Source: an uncultured Enterobacterales bacterium (GTDB taxonomy: Bacteria; Myxococcota_A; UBA796; CAJQPC01). From it: DNA of 64,000 nt. This document shows positions 40,624-50,188 of this stretch, piece by piece. The stretch lies in assembly GCA_964604675.1 (NCBI GenBank), contig CAZSAT010000023.1, positions 3,228 through 67,227 of the forward strand. The letters run 5' to 3'. Within the stretch, counting starts at the first letter, position 1; each line of letters begins with the position of its first letter. The translations under genes were made by a program, and so were the position numbers. A model generated the notes under the pieces. That model was not told the origin of the DNA, did no database searches, and saw only the letters and a list, made by a program, of their open reading frames with translations.

Positions 40624-41900
40624 CGTGCTCTCTCCTGTGCGAGCCGCGCGAACTCGCGTCCGCGGTGCTCGAAGTTCTCGAACTCGTCGAAGCTGGAGCA
40701 GCCGGGGCTCAGCAACACCTCGTCGCCAGGACGGGCCACGCTCGACGCCACGGCCACCGCATCCTCCAGGCTCCGGGCGCGAAGCGGCGACAGCGTGGCC
40801 AGCTGCTCGGCAATCAGCTCGCCTGCCCCGCCGAAGCAGATGACGGCGCGCGCACTGCGCTCCAGCGCCGCCTTCAACACCCCGAAGTCGCTGCCTTCCT
40901 TGGCCTGCCCACCGAGCAACACGACAGCGGGCCGCGCGAGGCCAGCCAGGGCCGCCTCGGTGCTGGCCAGGTTCGTGGCCTTGGAGTCGTTGACGAAGCG
41001 CACGCCGCCGTGCTCGGCCACCAACTCGAGGCGATGAGGCAGCCCGACGAGCCGCCCGGCGTCCAGCTCGTCGATGGACGCACCCACACCCTGGGCGAGC
41101 AGGGCCGAGACCCCGGCGTTCCACTGGTTGATGCTCCCCTCCACCGCGGAGACGTCGAGCTCGCCATGGTCGAAGCGTGCCATGCCCTGGTCGACCTGCA
41201 CGCCGGGCAACGCATCGAGCCACCGCCGCTCCCCACCGCGTCCAGCCGAAGCCGCGAGGAGCCGGGGGTCGTGGGGCATGCAGGCCCAGCCCTCGTTCGG
41301 GAGCGCGTCGAAGAGGCGGCACTTGTGCTCGGCGTAGACTTCCATCGTGCCGTGGCGGCCGAGATGATCCATGCTGAGGTTGAGCACCGCGGCCACGCTC
41401 GCCGTGAAGCTCCCGGGCAGCTCGAGCTGGTAGGAGGAGACCTCGACGACGAGCACGTCGTAGTCCCCGCCGACCGCCTCCGAGAGCGGAGTGCCCAGGT
41501 TGCCTCCCGCGAAGACCCGCCGACCGGCCTGCGTCAGGAACTGGGCCGTGTAGCTGGTCACCGTGGACTTGCCGTTGGTGCCTGTCACGGCGACGGTCGG
41601 AACGTGCGGAAGCAGGCGCGCCGCGAAGCCGAGCTCACCGACCACGTCGACGCCCGCAGCACGCGCCAATGCGACAGGGGGCGCCGCAGCGGGCACTCCG
41701 GGGGAGACCACGACGACATGTGCGTCGACCAGATCGGCATCCCGGTGCCCACCGAACACGTTCTCGACACCATCGAGCGGCGTCGCCTCGGGGTTCCGGT
41801 CGGTGAGCACCACCCGCGCACCGAGCGACGCAGCGAGCGACGCGGCGGCCCGACCGGAGCGACCGGCCCCGAGGACGGTGACCTGGCGATCCGCCAACAT
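40620..41900 (-). CDS. murD: UDP-MurNAc-L-Ala--D-Glu ligase
   Basis: GAGRSG, VSPGV, GTNGKST, EVSSYQL, NDSKATN, SPGCSSFDEF. Confidence 0.96.
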   Translation of the reverse strand: MLADRQVTVLGAGRSGRAAASLAASLGARVVLTDRNPEATPLDGVENVFGGHRDADLVDAHVVVVSPGVPAAAPPVALARAAGVDVVGELGFAARLLPHVPTVAVTGTNGKSTVTSYTAQFLTQAGRRVFAGGNLGTPLSEAVGGDYDVLVVEVSSYQLELPGSFTASVAAVLNLSMDHLGRHGTMEVYAEHKCRLFDALPNEGWACMPHDPRLLAASAGRGGERRWLDALPGVQVDQGMARFDHGELDVSAVEGSINQWNAGVSALLAQGVGASIDELDAGRLVGLPHRLELVAEHGGVRFVNDSKATNLASTEAALAGLARPAVVLLGGQAKEGSDFGVLKAALERSARAVICFGGAGELIAEQLATLSPLRARSLEDAVAVASSVARPGDEVLLSPGCSSFDEFENFEHRGREFARLAQERAR

Positions 41901-43000
41901 CAGCGCAGCTTCAGGGTCGACAGGGCGACCAGTGCGAGGAGGATGCTGATGATCCAGAACCGCACGATGATCTTGGGCTCCGACCAGCCCTGCTTCTCGT
42001 AGTGGTGATGGATGGGCGCCATGGCGAAGATGCGCTTGCCGCGCAGCTTGTAGCTGCCCACCTGGAGGATGACCGAGAGCGCCTCCATCACGAAGACGCC
42101 GCCGATCACCGCGAGCAGCAGCTCGTGATGGGTCAGCAAGGCGAGCGAGCCGAGCACGCCGCCGAGCGCCAGGGAGCCCACGTCGCCCATGAAGATCTGC
42201 GCAGGGTAGGCGTTGTACCAGAGGAACCCGAGGCCAGCACCGACCAGGCACATCGCCAGGATGGTCAGCTCGCTGGCACCGTCGACGTAGGGAACCGACA
42301 GGTAGTCGGCAAAGCCCACGTGCCCTGCCACGTACGCGAGGATGCCGTAGCAGACGGCGGAGGTCATCACGGGCCCGATCGCCAACCCGTCGAGGCCATC
42401 GGTGAGGTTCACGGCGTTCGAGGCGCCGACGAGCAGGAAGAGCACGAAGAGCACCCAGATCCAGACGTAGGGGCCCGAGAAGTCGAGCACGATCTCCTTG
42501 AGAAACGGCAGCGGCACGATGGGTTCGATCACGCCGGCGTACCAGCCCCACCCGAAGGCGCCCCCGCCGATGAGGACCTGGAACAGGATCTTCATGCGTC
42601 CGGCCAGGCCGTCGGAGCTGCGCTCCATGACCTTCTTCCAGTCGTCGTAGAATCCGATGGCGCCGTAGCCGACCAGCACGAACAGCGCGATCCAGACCAC
42701 CGGCTGATCGAGCCGGCACCACATCAGGGCCGACAGGGTGATGCCGACCAACATCGGGACACCGCCCATCGTGGGCGTTCCCGCCTTGTTCAGCAGGTGG
42801 CTGTCGGGCCCGTCGGTGCGGATGATCTGCTCCATCCGCTGCCTCTGCATCCAGCGGATGAACGCCGGGTAGAGCAGGTAGCAGAAGCCGAGCGCGGTGA
42901 TCAGCGCCCAGGCCGTGCGAAACGAGACGTACCGGAAGACGTTGAAGGCACCGAAGGCGCCCCCAGACTCCGAGAGCGGAACGAGCAGGTGGTAGAGCAT
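41900..43000 (-). CDS. mraY: Phospho-MurNAc-pentapeptide transferase
   Basis: KAGTPTMGG, NAVNLTDGLDGLA, FMGDVGS, APIHHH. Confidence 0.98.
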   Translation of the reverse strand: MLYHLLVPLSESGGAFGAFNVFRYVSFRTAWALITALGFCYLLYPAFIRWMQRQRMEQIIRTDGPDSHLLNKAGTPTMGGVPMLVGITLSALMWCRLDQPVVWIALFVLVGYGAIGFYDDWKKVMERSSDGLAGRMKILFQVLIGGGAFGWGWYAGVIEPIVPLPFLKEIVLDFSGPYVWIWVLFVLFLLVGASNAVNLTDGLDGLAIGPVMTSAVCYGILAYVAGHVGFADYLSVPYVDGASELTILAMCLVGAGLGFLWYNAYPAQIFMGDVGSLALGGVLGSLALLTHHELLLAVIGGVFVMEALSVILQVGSYKLRGKRIFAMAPIHHHYEKQGWSEPKIIVRFWIISILLALVALSTLKLR

Positions 43001-44347
43001 CTAGTCTCCCAGCCCTTGCAGGACTCGTTCCATACGCGTCCCCCGGCTTCCTTTCACGAGCACCACGTCACCCGGACGGAGCATGGGCGCTACCCGTTCA
43101 CCGAGCCTGGCCGCGTCCTCGGCGACCACGACCGGCACGCTCGCGTAGGCGGCCGCGGCGCTCATCCGTGCACCGGCGAGCCCGAGCAGGTCGACGCCCA
43201 GGCGGCTCGCAAGCTCGACCGCCTCGCGGTGTGCCGGGGCCTCGGCATCGCCCAGCTCGAGCATGTCCCCCAACAGCGCGATGCGGCGACCACCCGTGGC
43301 CTGGAGAAGGGTCTGGAGCGCCGCGGCGAGGCTGGCGGGGTTGGCGTTGTAGGCGTCGTTGACCACCGTGATGCCGCCGCGCCGCTCGACCCGCATGCGC
43401 ATCCCGACAGGCGAGTAGCGCGCCAGACCTGCAGCGATCTCGTGCGCTGGGATGCCCAGCACGTGGCCGACGGCAACGGCGGCGAGCGCGTCGAGAGCGA
43501 GGTGGTGTCCAGGCGCCGCGACGGTGGCGCACACGGCGCCTCCGGGCGTCGACACCTCCACCTCCGTGCTCAGCGAGGCCCCGTCGACGTGGGCCTTCAG
43601 CAACTGCACGTCGCATCCCTGCTCGGATCCGTAGCGCAGCACGCCAACGCCAGCAGGGACCGGCATCGCGGCCACGAAGGGGTCGTCCATGTTCACGAGC
43701 ACGGTGTCGCCCGGCCGCGAACCGTCGAACAGCTCCTGCTTGCACGCCGCGACGCCAGCCAAGGTCCCCGTGCCCTGGAGGTGCGCTGCCGAGACGTTGG
43801 TGATCAAGCGCACGCTGGGCGCGCAGAGATCCTGCAGTCGAGCGATCTCGCCCGGCGCGCTCATGCCCATCTCGAGCACCCAGGCCGCTGCGCCCGTCGG
43901 GGCAGCGAGCACGGAGAGCGGAAGCCCGATGTGGTTGTTCAGGTTGCCGGCCGTTCCGTGCACGACCCCGAGCGACGACAGCACCGGCTCGATCATGGCT
44001 CGCGTGGTCGTCTTGCCCGCGCTGCCCGTGATGCCGACGACCGGCCCTTGGAAGCGCGCGCGGCGCCAGGCGCTCGCCATCTGCAGGGCGTCGAGCGTGT
44101 CGTCGACCACCACGAGGCCCGCGGACCAGTCGTCCGGGGCGTGCTCGGCGATCACGCCCGCGACGCCCGCCGCGCCGGCCTGGTCCAGGAAGTCGTGGCC
44201 GTCGAAGCGCTCGCCCCGCAGAGCCAGGAACCAGTCTCCAGCTCCAAGCCGGCGCGTGTCGGTGACCAACGCACCGACGCCACCCTCGCCGGCCGCACGT
44301 CCCCCGGTGGCGACGGCCCAGCCAGCCGCGTCCAACCGGCAGCTCAC
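43001..44347 (-). CDS. murF: UDP-MurNAc-tripeptide--D-Ala-D-Ala ligase
   Basis: DTR, RGERFDGH, GSAGKTTT, NNHIG, DAYNANP, GDMLELG, KGSRG. Confidence 0.96.
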   Translation of the reverse strand: MSCRLDAAGWAVATGGRAAGEGGVGALVTDTRRLGAGDWFLALRGERFDGHDFLDQAGAAGVAGVIAEHAPDDWSAGLVVVDDTLDALQMASAWRRARFQGPVVGITGSAGKTTTRAMIEPVLSSLGVVHGTAGNLNNHIGLPLSVLAAPTGAAAWVLEMGMSAPGEIARLQDLCAPSVRLITNVSAAHLQGTGTLAGVAACKQELFDGSRPGDTVLVNMDDPFVAAMPVPAGVGVLRYGSEQGCDVQLLKAHVDGASLSTEVEVSTPGGAVCATVAAPGHHLALDALAAVAVGHVLGIPAHEIAAGLARYSPVGMRMRVERRGGITVVNDAYNANPASLAAALQTLLQATGGRRIALLGDMLELGDAEAPAHREAVELASRLGVDLLGLAGARMSAAAAYASVPVVVAEDAARLGERVAPMLRPGDVVLVKGSRGTRMERVLQGLGD

Positions 44348-45780
44348 GCGACCTCCAGGGCGCGGGCAGCGACCGTCCGGTCGTCGAAGGGGTGCTTCAC
44401 ACCAGCGATCTCCTGGTAGGTCTCGTGCCCCTTTCCGGCCAGGAGCACCACATCTCCGGGGCGCGCGAGCTTCAGAGCCTCCGCGATCGCCTCCGCCCGG
44501 TCCTCGATCACGATCGCGTCGGAACGCAGTCCGGGCCTCAGATCTTCGAGGATCGCGCCGGGGGACTCGCCCCGCGGGTTGTCCGACGTGGCGACCACGA
44601 TCTCGGCCTCGGACGCCGCCCGCGCCATGAGCTCCCGCTTGCCGCGGTCGCGATCACCCCCGCAACCGAACACGACGATGCGCCGCCCCCGCGCCAGCTC
44701 CTCCAGCCCACTGAGGACAACCCTCAGGGCGTCGGGGGTGTGGGCATAGTCGACCAGGACATGGAACCCTCGCGCACACGGCACCGGCTCGAGACGTCCC
44801 GGGATGGCCTCCAGAGAGGCGATGCCCTCGACGACGTGTTCCGGGTCCAGATCGAGCGCGAGCGCAGCGCCGGCCGCAGCCAGGGCGTTGGCTACGTTGT
44901 GCCGACCGACCAGCTTCAGCTCCAGGGGCAGCGAGCCGCGCGGCGTCTTGATCCGTCCGCGAGCGCCGTCGAGCCCGAGCACCAGACGCTCCGGACAGAG
45001 GTGGCCACGCGTCAAGCCGAAGCCCCACCTGCGCACATCGCCCCTTCGCGGGGCGACCTCGTCGACCGCCACGTCCTCCACGTTCACGACTGCGGTTCCC
45101 CCGGGTGCCACGAGCTCGACGAAGAGCCGGCGCTTCGCGGCGGCGTAGGCCGCCATGTTCCCATGCACGTCGAGGTGATCCCGACTCAAGTTCGTGAAGA
45201 CCGCGACGTCGAAGGAGGTGGCATCGACCCGGCGGGACGAAAGGCCAATGCTCGACACCTCCGCCGACACGACCTGGCAGCCAGCCTCGTGCATCTCGCG
45301 CAGCAGCCCTTGCCAGACCGGGGCTGGCGGGCTCGTGTAGCTCGCGGGCCGGCGAGCTCCGAGGACGCGGTGACCGGTCGTTCCGATCACGCCCGCGGGG
45401 GTCCCCGCGCGCCGGAGCACCGCCTCCAAGAGCAGGCTCACCGTGGTCTTGCCGTTGGTGCCGGTGATGCCGACCACGCGCAAGGCGGCCGACGGGTCGC
45501 CGTTCAGGGCCGCCGCCAGGCGAGCCAGGGCCAAGCGGCTGTCGTCGACCACGATGCAGGCCACGTCGTCCGGCACCGCCACGAGCCGCTCCGACACCAC
45601 GGCCGCAGCGGGAACCGACGAGGCATAGTCGTGGCCGTCGACGCGGCCGCCGCGCACCGCGACGAAGATCGCAGAGCGATCCGCATCCCGCGAGTCTTCG
45701 GTGACACGCAGGACCTCGACATCGGTCGGGCCGTGGACGGAGCGCGGCTCGACCCGCGGGAGCAGGTCCGTGAGGCGCAT
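44344..45780 (-). CDS. murE: UDP-MurNAc-dipeptide--meso-DAP ligase
   Basis: GTNGKTT, EVSS, DYAHTPD, GCGGDRD, DNPR (DAP-type motif), GKGHE. Confidence 0.97.
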   Translation of the reverse strand: MRLTDLLPRVEPRSVHGPTDVEVLRVTEDSRDADRSAIFVAVRGGRVDGHDYASSVPAAAVVSERLVAVPDDVACIVVDDSRLALARLAAALNGDPSAALRVVGITGTNGKTTVSLLLEAVLRRAGTPAGVIGTTGHRVLGARRPASYTSPPAPVWQGLLREMHEAGCQVVSAEVSSIGLSSRRVDATSFDVAVFTNLSRDHLDVHGNMAAYAAAKRRLFVELVAPGGTAVVNVEDVAVDEVAPRRGDVRRWGFGLTRGHLCPERLVLGLDGARGRIKTPRGSLPLELKLVGRHNVANALAAAGAALALDLDPEHVVEGIASLEAIPGRLEPVPCARGFHVLVDYAHTPDALRVVLSGLEELARGRRIVVFGCGGDRDRGKRELMARAASEAEIVVATSDNPRGESPGAILEDLRPGLRSDAIVIEDRAEAIAEALKLARPGDVVLLAGKGHETYQEIAGVKHPFDDRTVAARALEVA

Positions 45781-46126
45781 GGCTGGGGAGGCCGGGGGAG
45801 GGTGAGAGGGAGGATGGGGTAGAGAGGGGCGCCCCTCCACCTACTGCCAGGGAGTCAGTAGGGATGGAAGTCTTGGCGTGCTGGCGAAGAGGCGCCTCTG
45901 AACGGGGAAGGGGGCGAGCCGCCGAGAGAAGCTGCGTCGTCAGGGTCAGCAGCGAATTCGACACGTAGGGTCCAGCGGGCAACAGCTCGAGCGTTCTGCT
46001 GCGACACGTCCGTGCAGAGGTCCTGGGAGGCAGGGCCGGACTTCTGCAAGGTCCACGTGGCGGGGGATGCCACGCGGATCGTGCCGCGGTGACGCGGACT
46101 CCTCTCGGCGCTCGTGAAGCGAAGGT

Positions 46127-48169
46127 TCATTGGAAGCGGATCTCCACGCGCTCGCCAGCGGCGAGCGGGGTTCCCGCAGGGGGACGTTGTTCGGACGCCA
46201 CTCCGGAGCCGGCGAGCGCGAGCTCGAAGCCGGCGCCATCCAGCGTGGCGAGGGTGTCGCGCATGGAGAGCCCGGTCAGGTCGGGCAGGCGCAGGAGGCC
46301 TTCGGGCGTCCACGCCAGCTCGGGCGCCACGACGGGAACCTCCTCGACGAGCTCGCGCGCAACGGGCGCATCGACCTCGCCCTCCTCGAGCACCTGCGGG
46401 ACGCCGAGGTAGCGCATCACCTCGGTGGTGATCTCGGCGAAGGCGGGGCCAGCCACCGTGCCGCCGTAGCGGCTGCCCTTCCGAGGCGTGTCAGCCGTGA
46501 CGACGATCACGACCTGGGGATCGTCGACCGGCGCCACACCGATGAAGGACGCCATCCGTGCAGTCGGCGAATAGCGACCGTCCACCACCTTCTGCGCCGT
46601 CCCGGTCTTGCCGCCCGCCCTGTAGCCGGGGGTCTTGATCCGTTGGCCGGTTCCGCCTTCTTCCATGACCGAGCCGAGCATGCCGATCACCGTGTCCGCC
46701 ACGGTCTCGTCGAGCACACGTTCGACCACCCGCGGCTCGTGGCGCTCGCTGACGTGGCCGGCCCGGTCCCGGATCTCCTTGACGATCAGCGGCTGCAGGC
46801 GCTCACCGCCGTTCGCCAGGGTGCCGGTCGCGACGGCGAGCTGCAGCGCCGTCGAGGTCATGCCCTGGCCGTAGGACGTGGTGGCCAGCTCGATGGGCTT
46901 GATGCGCGAGGCCGCCCGGAGGGTGCCGCCCTGCTCGCGCGGAAGACCGATGCCGGTCGGAGCCCCGAAGCCGAAGCTTCGCAAGCCCTCGAGGGTGACC
47001 TCGGCGCCGAGCTCGAGGGCGAGCTTCGCGGAGCAGATGTTGGACGAGTACTTCAGCACCTCGCCCACGTTGAGCATCTTGTGCGGGTGGTCGTCATGGA
47101 TCGTGCGCCGACCGACGCGCCACGCGCCGCCCTCGCAGTCCATCATCGTGTCCGCCTGGACCAGCTCCTCCTGCAGCGCCAGCGCCACCACGAACGGTTT
47201 CAGCACCGAGCCCGGCTCGTAGGTCTCCGCGACCGCGTAGTTCTTGAGGCTGTCGAGGTCCGCCGCCCGATCGTTGAGGTTGAGCGTGGGGCGACTGGCC
47301 ATGGCCAGCACCTCGAAGGTGTCGACGTCCAGCACCACCGCCGTGGCCGCCAGCGGCTCCGATCGCTCCATGATGCCGTCGAGCGCGTCCTCCACGACCT
47401 GCTGCACGTAGCGGTCGAGCGTGAGCACCACGGTGTCGCCGGACTGGGCCCGCCGGAAGAACCCGAGGTCGGTCGAGAGCGCACGTCCGCGCCGGTCGCG
47501 CTGCATCACCACCTTGTAGGTCGCGCCGCGAAGGGTCTCCTCCTGGGAGCGCTCGACGCCCTCCTGGCCGCGACCGTCCCAGCTCACCAGACCAAGGACC
47601 TGGGCGGCGAGCGACCGTCCCGGGTAGAACCGCGCCGGAATGTCGCGCGTGAACAGCACGCCCGCGTCCTCGATGGCCGCAATGGCCGCGAGGTGATCCG
47701 GATCGACCTGACGGGCGAGCGGCACCTCGACCTTGCCGCTCCGAGAGAGGCGGTCGGCGAGCACGTGCTCGGGAGTGTCGACGTAGGGCGCAAGGCGAGC
47801 CGCGAGCTCATCTGGGCCGAGGGCGGGCAGCTTCTGCGACAGGCGCTTCGGGTTGGCGTAGAGCGCTGGCATGTCCACGGTGGTGGCCAGCGGCGCCCCG
47901 TCGCGGGCGAGCACCTCGCCGCGGGGGGCGGTGATCAGCTCGGCCTCCGTGAACTGGTCGGCCGCCTTCTGGGCCAGGCGGTCGTCGGGCATCAGCATCA
48001 GCGGCACGGCGCGGAAGGCCAGGATGACGTAGCTGACGACCACCAGCACGACGACGAGCAGAGCGCGATCCCGAGCTTGATCCACACACGCCCGCGACTC
48101 GGCCTCGTGGACCTCCGGCGGGGGCGGGAACGGCGACCAACGCCGTGGCTCGAGCTCGATGCGCTTCAT
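46127..48169 (-). CDS. ftsI: Class B PBP FtsI with PASTA domain
   Basis: TM helix, EPGSVLK (SxxK), SSN, KTGTAQK, C-terminal PASTA. Confidence 0.95.
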   Translation of the reverse strand: MKRIELEPRRWSPFPPPPEVHEAESRACVDQARDRALLVVVLVVVSYVILAFRAVPLMLMPDDRLAQKAADQFTEAELITAPRGEVLARDGAPLATTVDMPALYANPKRLSQKLPALGPDELAARLAPYVDTPEHVLADRLSRSGKVEVPLARQVDPDHLAAIAAIEDAGVLFTRDIPARFYPGRSLAAQVLGLVSWDGRGQEGVERSQEETLRGATYKVVMQRDRRGRALSTDLGFFRRAQSGDTVVLTLDRYVQQVVEDALDGIMERSEPLAATAVVLDVDTFEVLAMASRPTLNLNDRAADLDSLKNYAVAETYEPGSVLKPFVVALALQEELVQADTMMDCEGGAWRVGRRTIHDDHPHKMLNVGEVLKYSSNICSAKLALELGAEVTLEGLRSFGFGAPTGIGLPREQGGTLRAASRIKPIELATTSYGQGMTSTALQLAVATGTLANGGERLQPLIVKEIRDRAGHVSERHEPRVVERVLDETVADTVIGMLGSVMEEGGTGQRIKTPGYRAGGKTGTAQKVVDGRYSPTARMASFIGVAPVDDPQVVIVVTADTPRKGSRYGGTVAGPAFAEITTEVMRYLGVPQVLEEGEVDAPVARELVEEVPVVAPELAWTPEGLLRLPDLTGLSMRDTLATLDGAGFELALAGSGVASEQRPPAGTPLAAGERVEIRFQ

Positions 48170-48492
48170 GGGCGGATCACGTCCACCACGGCGACGCCCG
48201 CCACCAGACCCAGGCTTCCGGCCGACGACTTGAGCGCGGCGAGGTCCTTGCGCGCAGCGAGCTCGAGCGCGAGACGGTCATGCTCGACGTTCAGCTGCTC
48301 GAGCTGGGCGAGGCTCGCGTCGAGGGCGCTGGCGGAGTCGCGCACGTCGACGCGGCTCCACACGTAGAACATCAGCGCGAAGACGAGCATCGCGAAGATC
48401 GTGGCGTAGCGAGCCAACACCGGGATCTGGAGCCCCAACAGGAGCGGGCCGCGACGCAGATCGAGTGTGGAGACGCCGTCGAAGACCTTCAT
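48166..48492 (-). CDS. ftsL: Cell division protein FtsL-like
   Basis: Short cytoplasmic part, one TM helix and a leucine-rich coiled coil, between rsmH and ftsI. Confidence 0.75.
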   Translation of the reverse strand: MKVFDGVSTLDLRRGPLLLGLQIPVLARYATIFAMLVFALMFYVWSRVDVRDSASALDASLAQLEQLNVEHDRLALELAARKDLAALKSSAGSLGLVAGVAVVDVIRP

Positions 48493-49397
48493 GTTGCACT
48501 CCTGTCCAGGGCGAGTCCCCGCAGACGCGCCGAGCGGGCGCGTGGGTTGCCATCGGTGGCGGTGATGGGCTTGCGGGTCAGCAGCCGCGCGACCGGCGGC
48601 GTGACCGGCTGACCGTAGGCATCGCGGGGGGTGCCGACGCCCGCCAGCTCGCGGAACGTGGACTTCACGAGCCGATCGTCCAAGCTCATGAAGCTGATGA
48701 TGGCCACACGTCCCTGCTCGACCAGGACCTGCGGAAGCGTGGCCAGGAGCGCGCTGAGTTCCTCGAATTCGTGGTTCACCGCGATCCGAAGCGCCTGGAA
48801 GGTCTTCGTTGCAGGATGGGCCCGCTTCCACGGACCGCCCCGAGCACCGGCGACCACCTCCGCCAGGTGCAGCGTGTCCCGGAACGGGCGCTCCGCCACG
48901 ATCTGGCGAGCGATCCGACGACTCTGCCGCTCGTCGCCGTACCGCCAGATGATGTCGGCGAGCTCCTCCTCGGTCACCCGGTCGATGAGTTCCGCAGCGG
49001 TCTCGGGCAGGTCGGGACCCATGCGCATGTCGAGCGGGCCAGCCTTCTGGAAGCTGAAGCCGCGATCCGCCACGTCCAGCTGGGGGCTCGACACGCCCAG
49101 GTCGGCCACGAGGCCGTCCACACGCTCGATGCCCAGGGTGTCCAGGTGCTGCCGGATCGCGCCGAAGCTCCCCCGCACGGCCGTGAACGCCGAGCCGAAG
49201 GGCGCCAGTCGCTCGCCGGCCGCTCGCAACGCACCGGGATCGCGATCGATCCCGATCACGCGGCAGTCGGCCGCCCGGAGCAACAACTCGCTGTGCCCGC
49301 CCCCACCGAGGGTGCAGTCCACGTAGATCCCGCCGTCGAGGGGCGCGAGCAGGCCGACCGCCTCGGACCCGAGCACGGTGACGTGGTGGAAGGTCAC
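48489..49397 (-). CDS. rsmH: 16S rRNA m4C1402 methyltransferase
   Basis: HVTVL, DCTLGGGGHS, DLGVSSPQ, RGFSF, PLDMRM, FQALRIAVN, RARSARLR. Confidence 0.97.
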   Translation of the reverse strand: MTFHHVTVLGSEAVGLLAPLDGGIYVDCTLGGGGHSELLLRAADCRVIGIDRDPGALRAAGERLAPFGSAFTAVRGSFGAIRQHLDTLGIERVDGLVADLGVSSPQLDVADRGFSFQKAGPLDMRMGPDLPETAAELIDRVTEEELADIIWRYGDERQSRRIARQIVAERPFRDTLHLAEVVAGARGGPWKRAHPATKTFQALRIAVNHEFEELSALLATLPQVLVEQGRVAIISFMSLDDRLVKSTFRELAGVGTPRDAYGQPVTPPVARLLTRKPITATDGNPRARSARLRGLALDRSAT

Positions 49398-49398
49398 C

Positions 49399-49824
49399 TC
49401 ATCGAGCCGTGCGGCGAGACGCCAGGACGTGCCGGCGGCGCTCCTGCCAGCGCTCAGCATCCCAGAGCTCGATGAACTCGAGCATCGTGTGGAGGACCAC
49501 CTCACGCCGAAGCCCAGCCTCCTCGCGGAGCCCCTCGGGGATGCGCATCCGCCCCTGGCTGTCGACCTTGCAGTCCTCGGCGCAGGCGAGGAAGGCATGC
49601 TGGAGCTCGATGCTGCGTGGATCGAACGGGTCGAGTTCGCGGATGGGCCCTTCCACACAACGCTCGAAGTCCTCCGGGCTGTAGGCCCGGATCGCACCGT
49701 CGTAGGATGTGAGCACCAAGCCTTGTACATCTCCGCCGTCCTCATCCTTCCGCAAACGCGCGGGCAGAGCGATCCGCCCTTTTTCATCCAACTTGACCGT
49801 GACCTGGCAGCGTCGGGTCCTCAC
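49399..49824 (-). CDS. mraZ: Transcriptional regulator MraZ
   Basis: DEKGRI and DSQGRM AbrB-like motifs, ELWD, first gene of the dcw cluster. Confidence 0.92.
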   Translation of the reverse strand: MRTRRCQVTVKLDEKGRIALPARLRKDEDGGDVQGLVLTSYDGAIRAYSPEDFERCVEGPIRELDPFDPRSIELQHAFLACAEDCKVDSQGRMRIPEGLREEAGLRREVVLHTMLEFIELWDAERWQERRRHVLASRRTAR

Positions 49825-49849
49825 CCTTCCTCGGGGCTGGGGAGACAGA

Positions 49850-49906
49850 TTCCACGAGACTCCCCTTTCCTCCCTTACTCCGCAACTCTACTCCACGCTC
49901 CTCCCC
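49850..49906 (-). promoter_or_regulatory. MraZ-type direct-repeat operator
   Basis: Boxes GGGGAG-4-GTGGAG and AGGGAG-4-GGGGAG-4-GTGGAA at a 10-bp period upstream of mraZ, like the GTGG(A/T)G repeats described for Bacillus MraZ. Confidence 0.65.
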
Positions 49907-49924
49907 TGGGAAACAGCTTCGAGC

Positions 49925-50099
49925 GATCCGCGCCAGAAAGTCTGCAAGCCACTGAAATCACATCGGATCGCCCGATCGCCATCCGATCGCTGGGGCCCCT
50001 CCAGCAAGGATCCTTGGGGGCGCGCGATCGCGCGCGATCGCATGGGGCACAGGCCCCGGATCGCCCGGATCGCATGACGTCCAGCGATCCCGGGCGATC
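49925..50099. repeat. Cluster of 11 GATC sites
   Basis: GATC at 49925, 49966, 49974, 49985, 50009, 50026, 50036, 50059, 50068, 50086 and 50096; tandem CGCGCGATCG x2. Confidence 0.9.
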
Positions 50100-50105
50100 T
50101 GGCCG

Positions 50106-50153
50106 GTGGAGCGCCGTGGAGCGGGCCAGGACCGGCGGTGGCGCGCCGTGGAG
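50106..50153 (+). promoter_or_regulatory. Second set of GTGGAG boxes facing smpB
   Basis: GTGGAG at 50106, 50116 and 50148, GTGGCG at 50138; two 10-bp-spaced pairs. Confidence 0.5.
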
Positions 50154-50188
50154 TGAGCGGTCGCGACCACGGGTTAGCGGGAGCGACG

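Noticed and set aside
45855-46130. 91-aa ORF starting at an ATGA overlap with the ftsI stop
   Set aside because: Codon usage is atypical (AGG, AGT, CGA, CTA, CCT) and there are no motifs; treated as non-coding.
49825-50188. tmRNA next to smpB, or oriC at the GATC cluster
   Set aside because: No tRNA-like GGGG...TTCGA...CCA ends, no TTATCCACA boxes and no AT-rich unwinding region.
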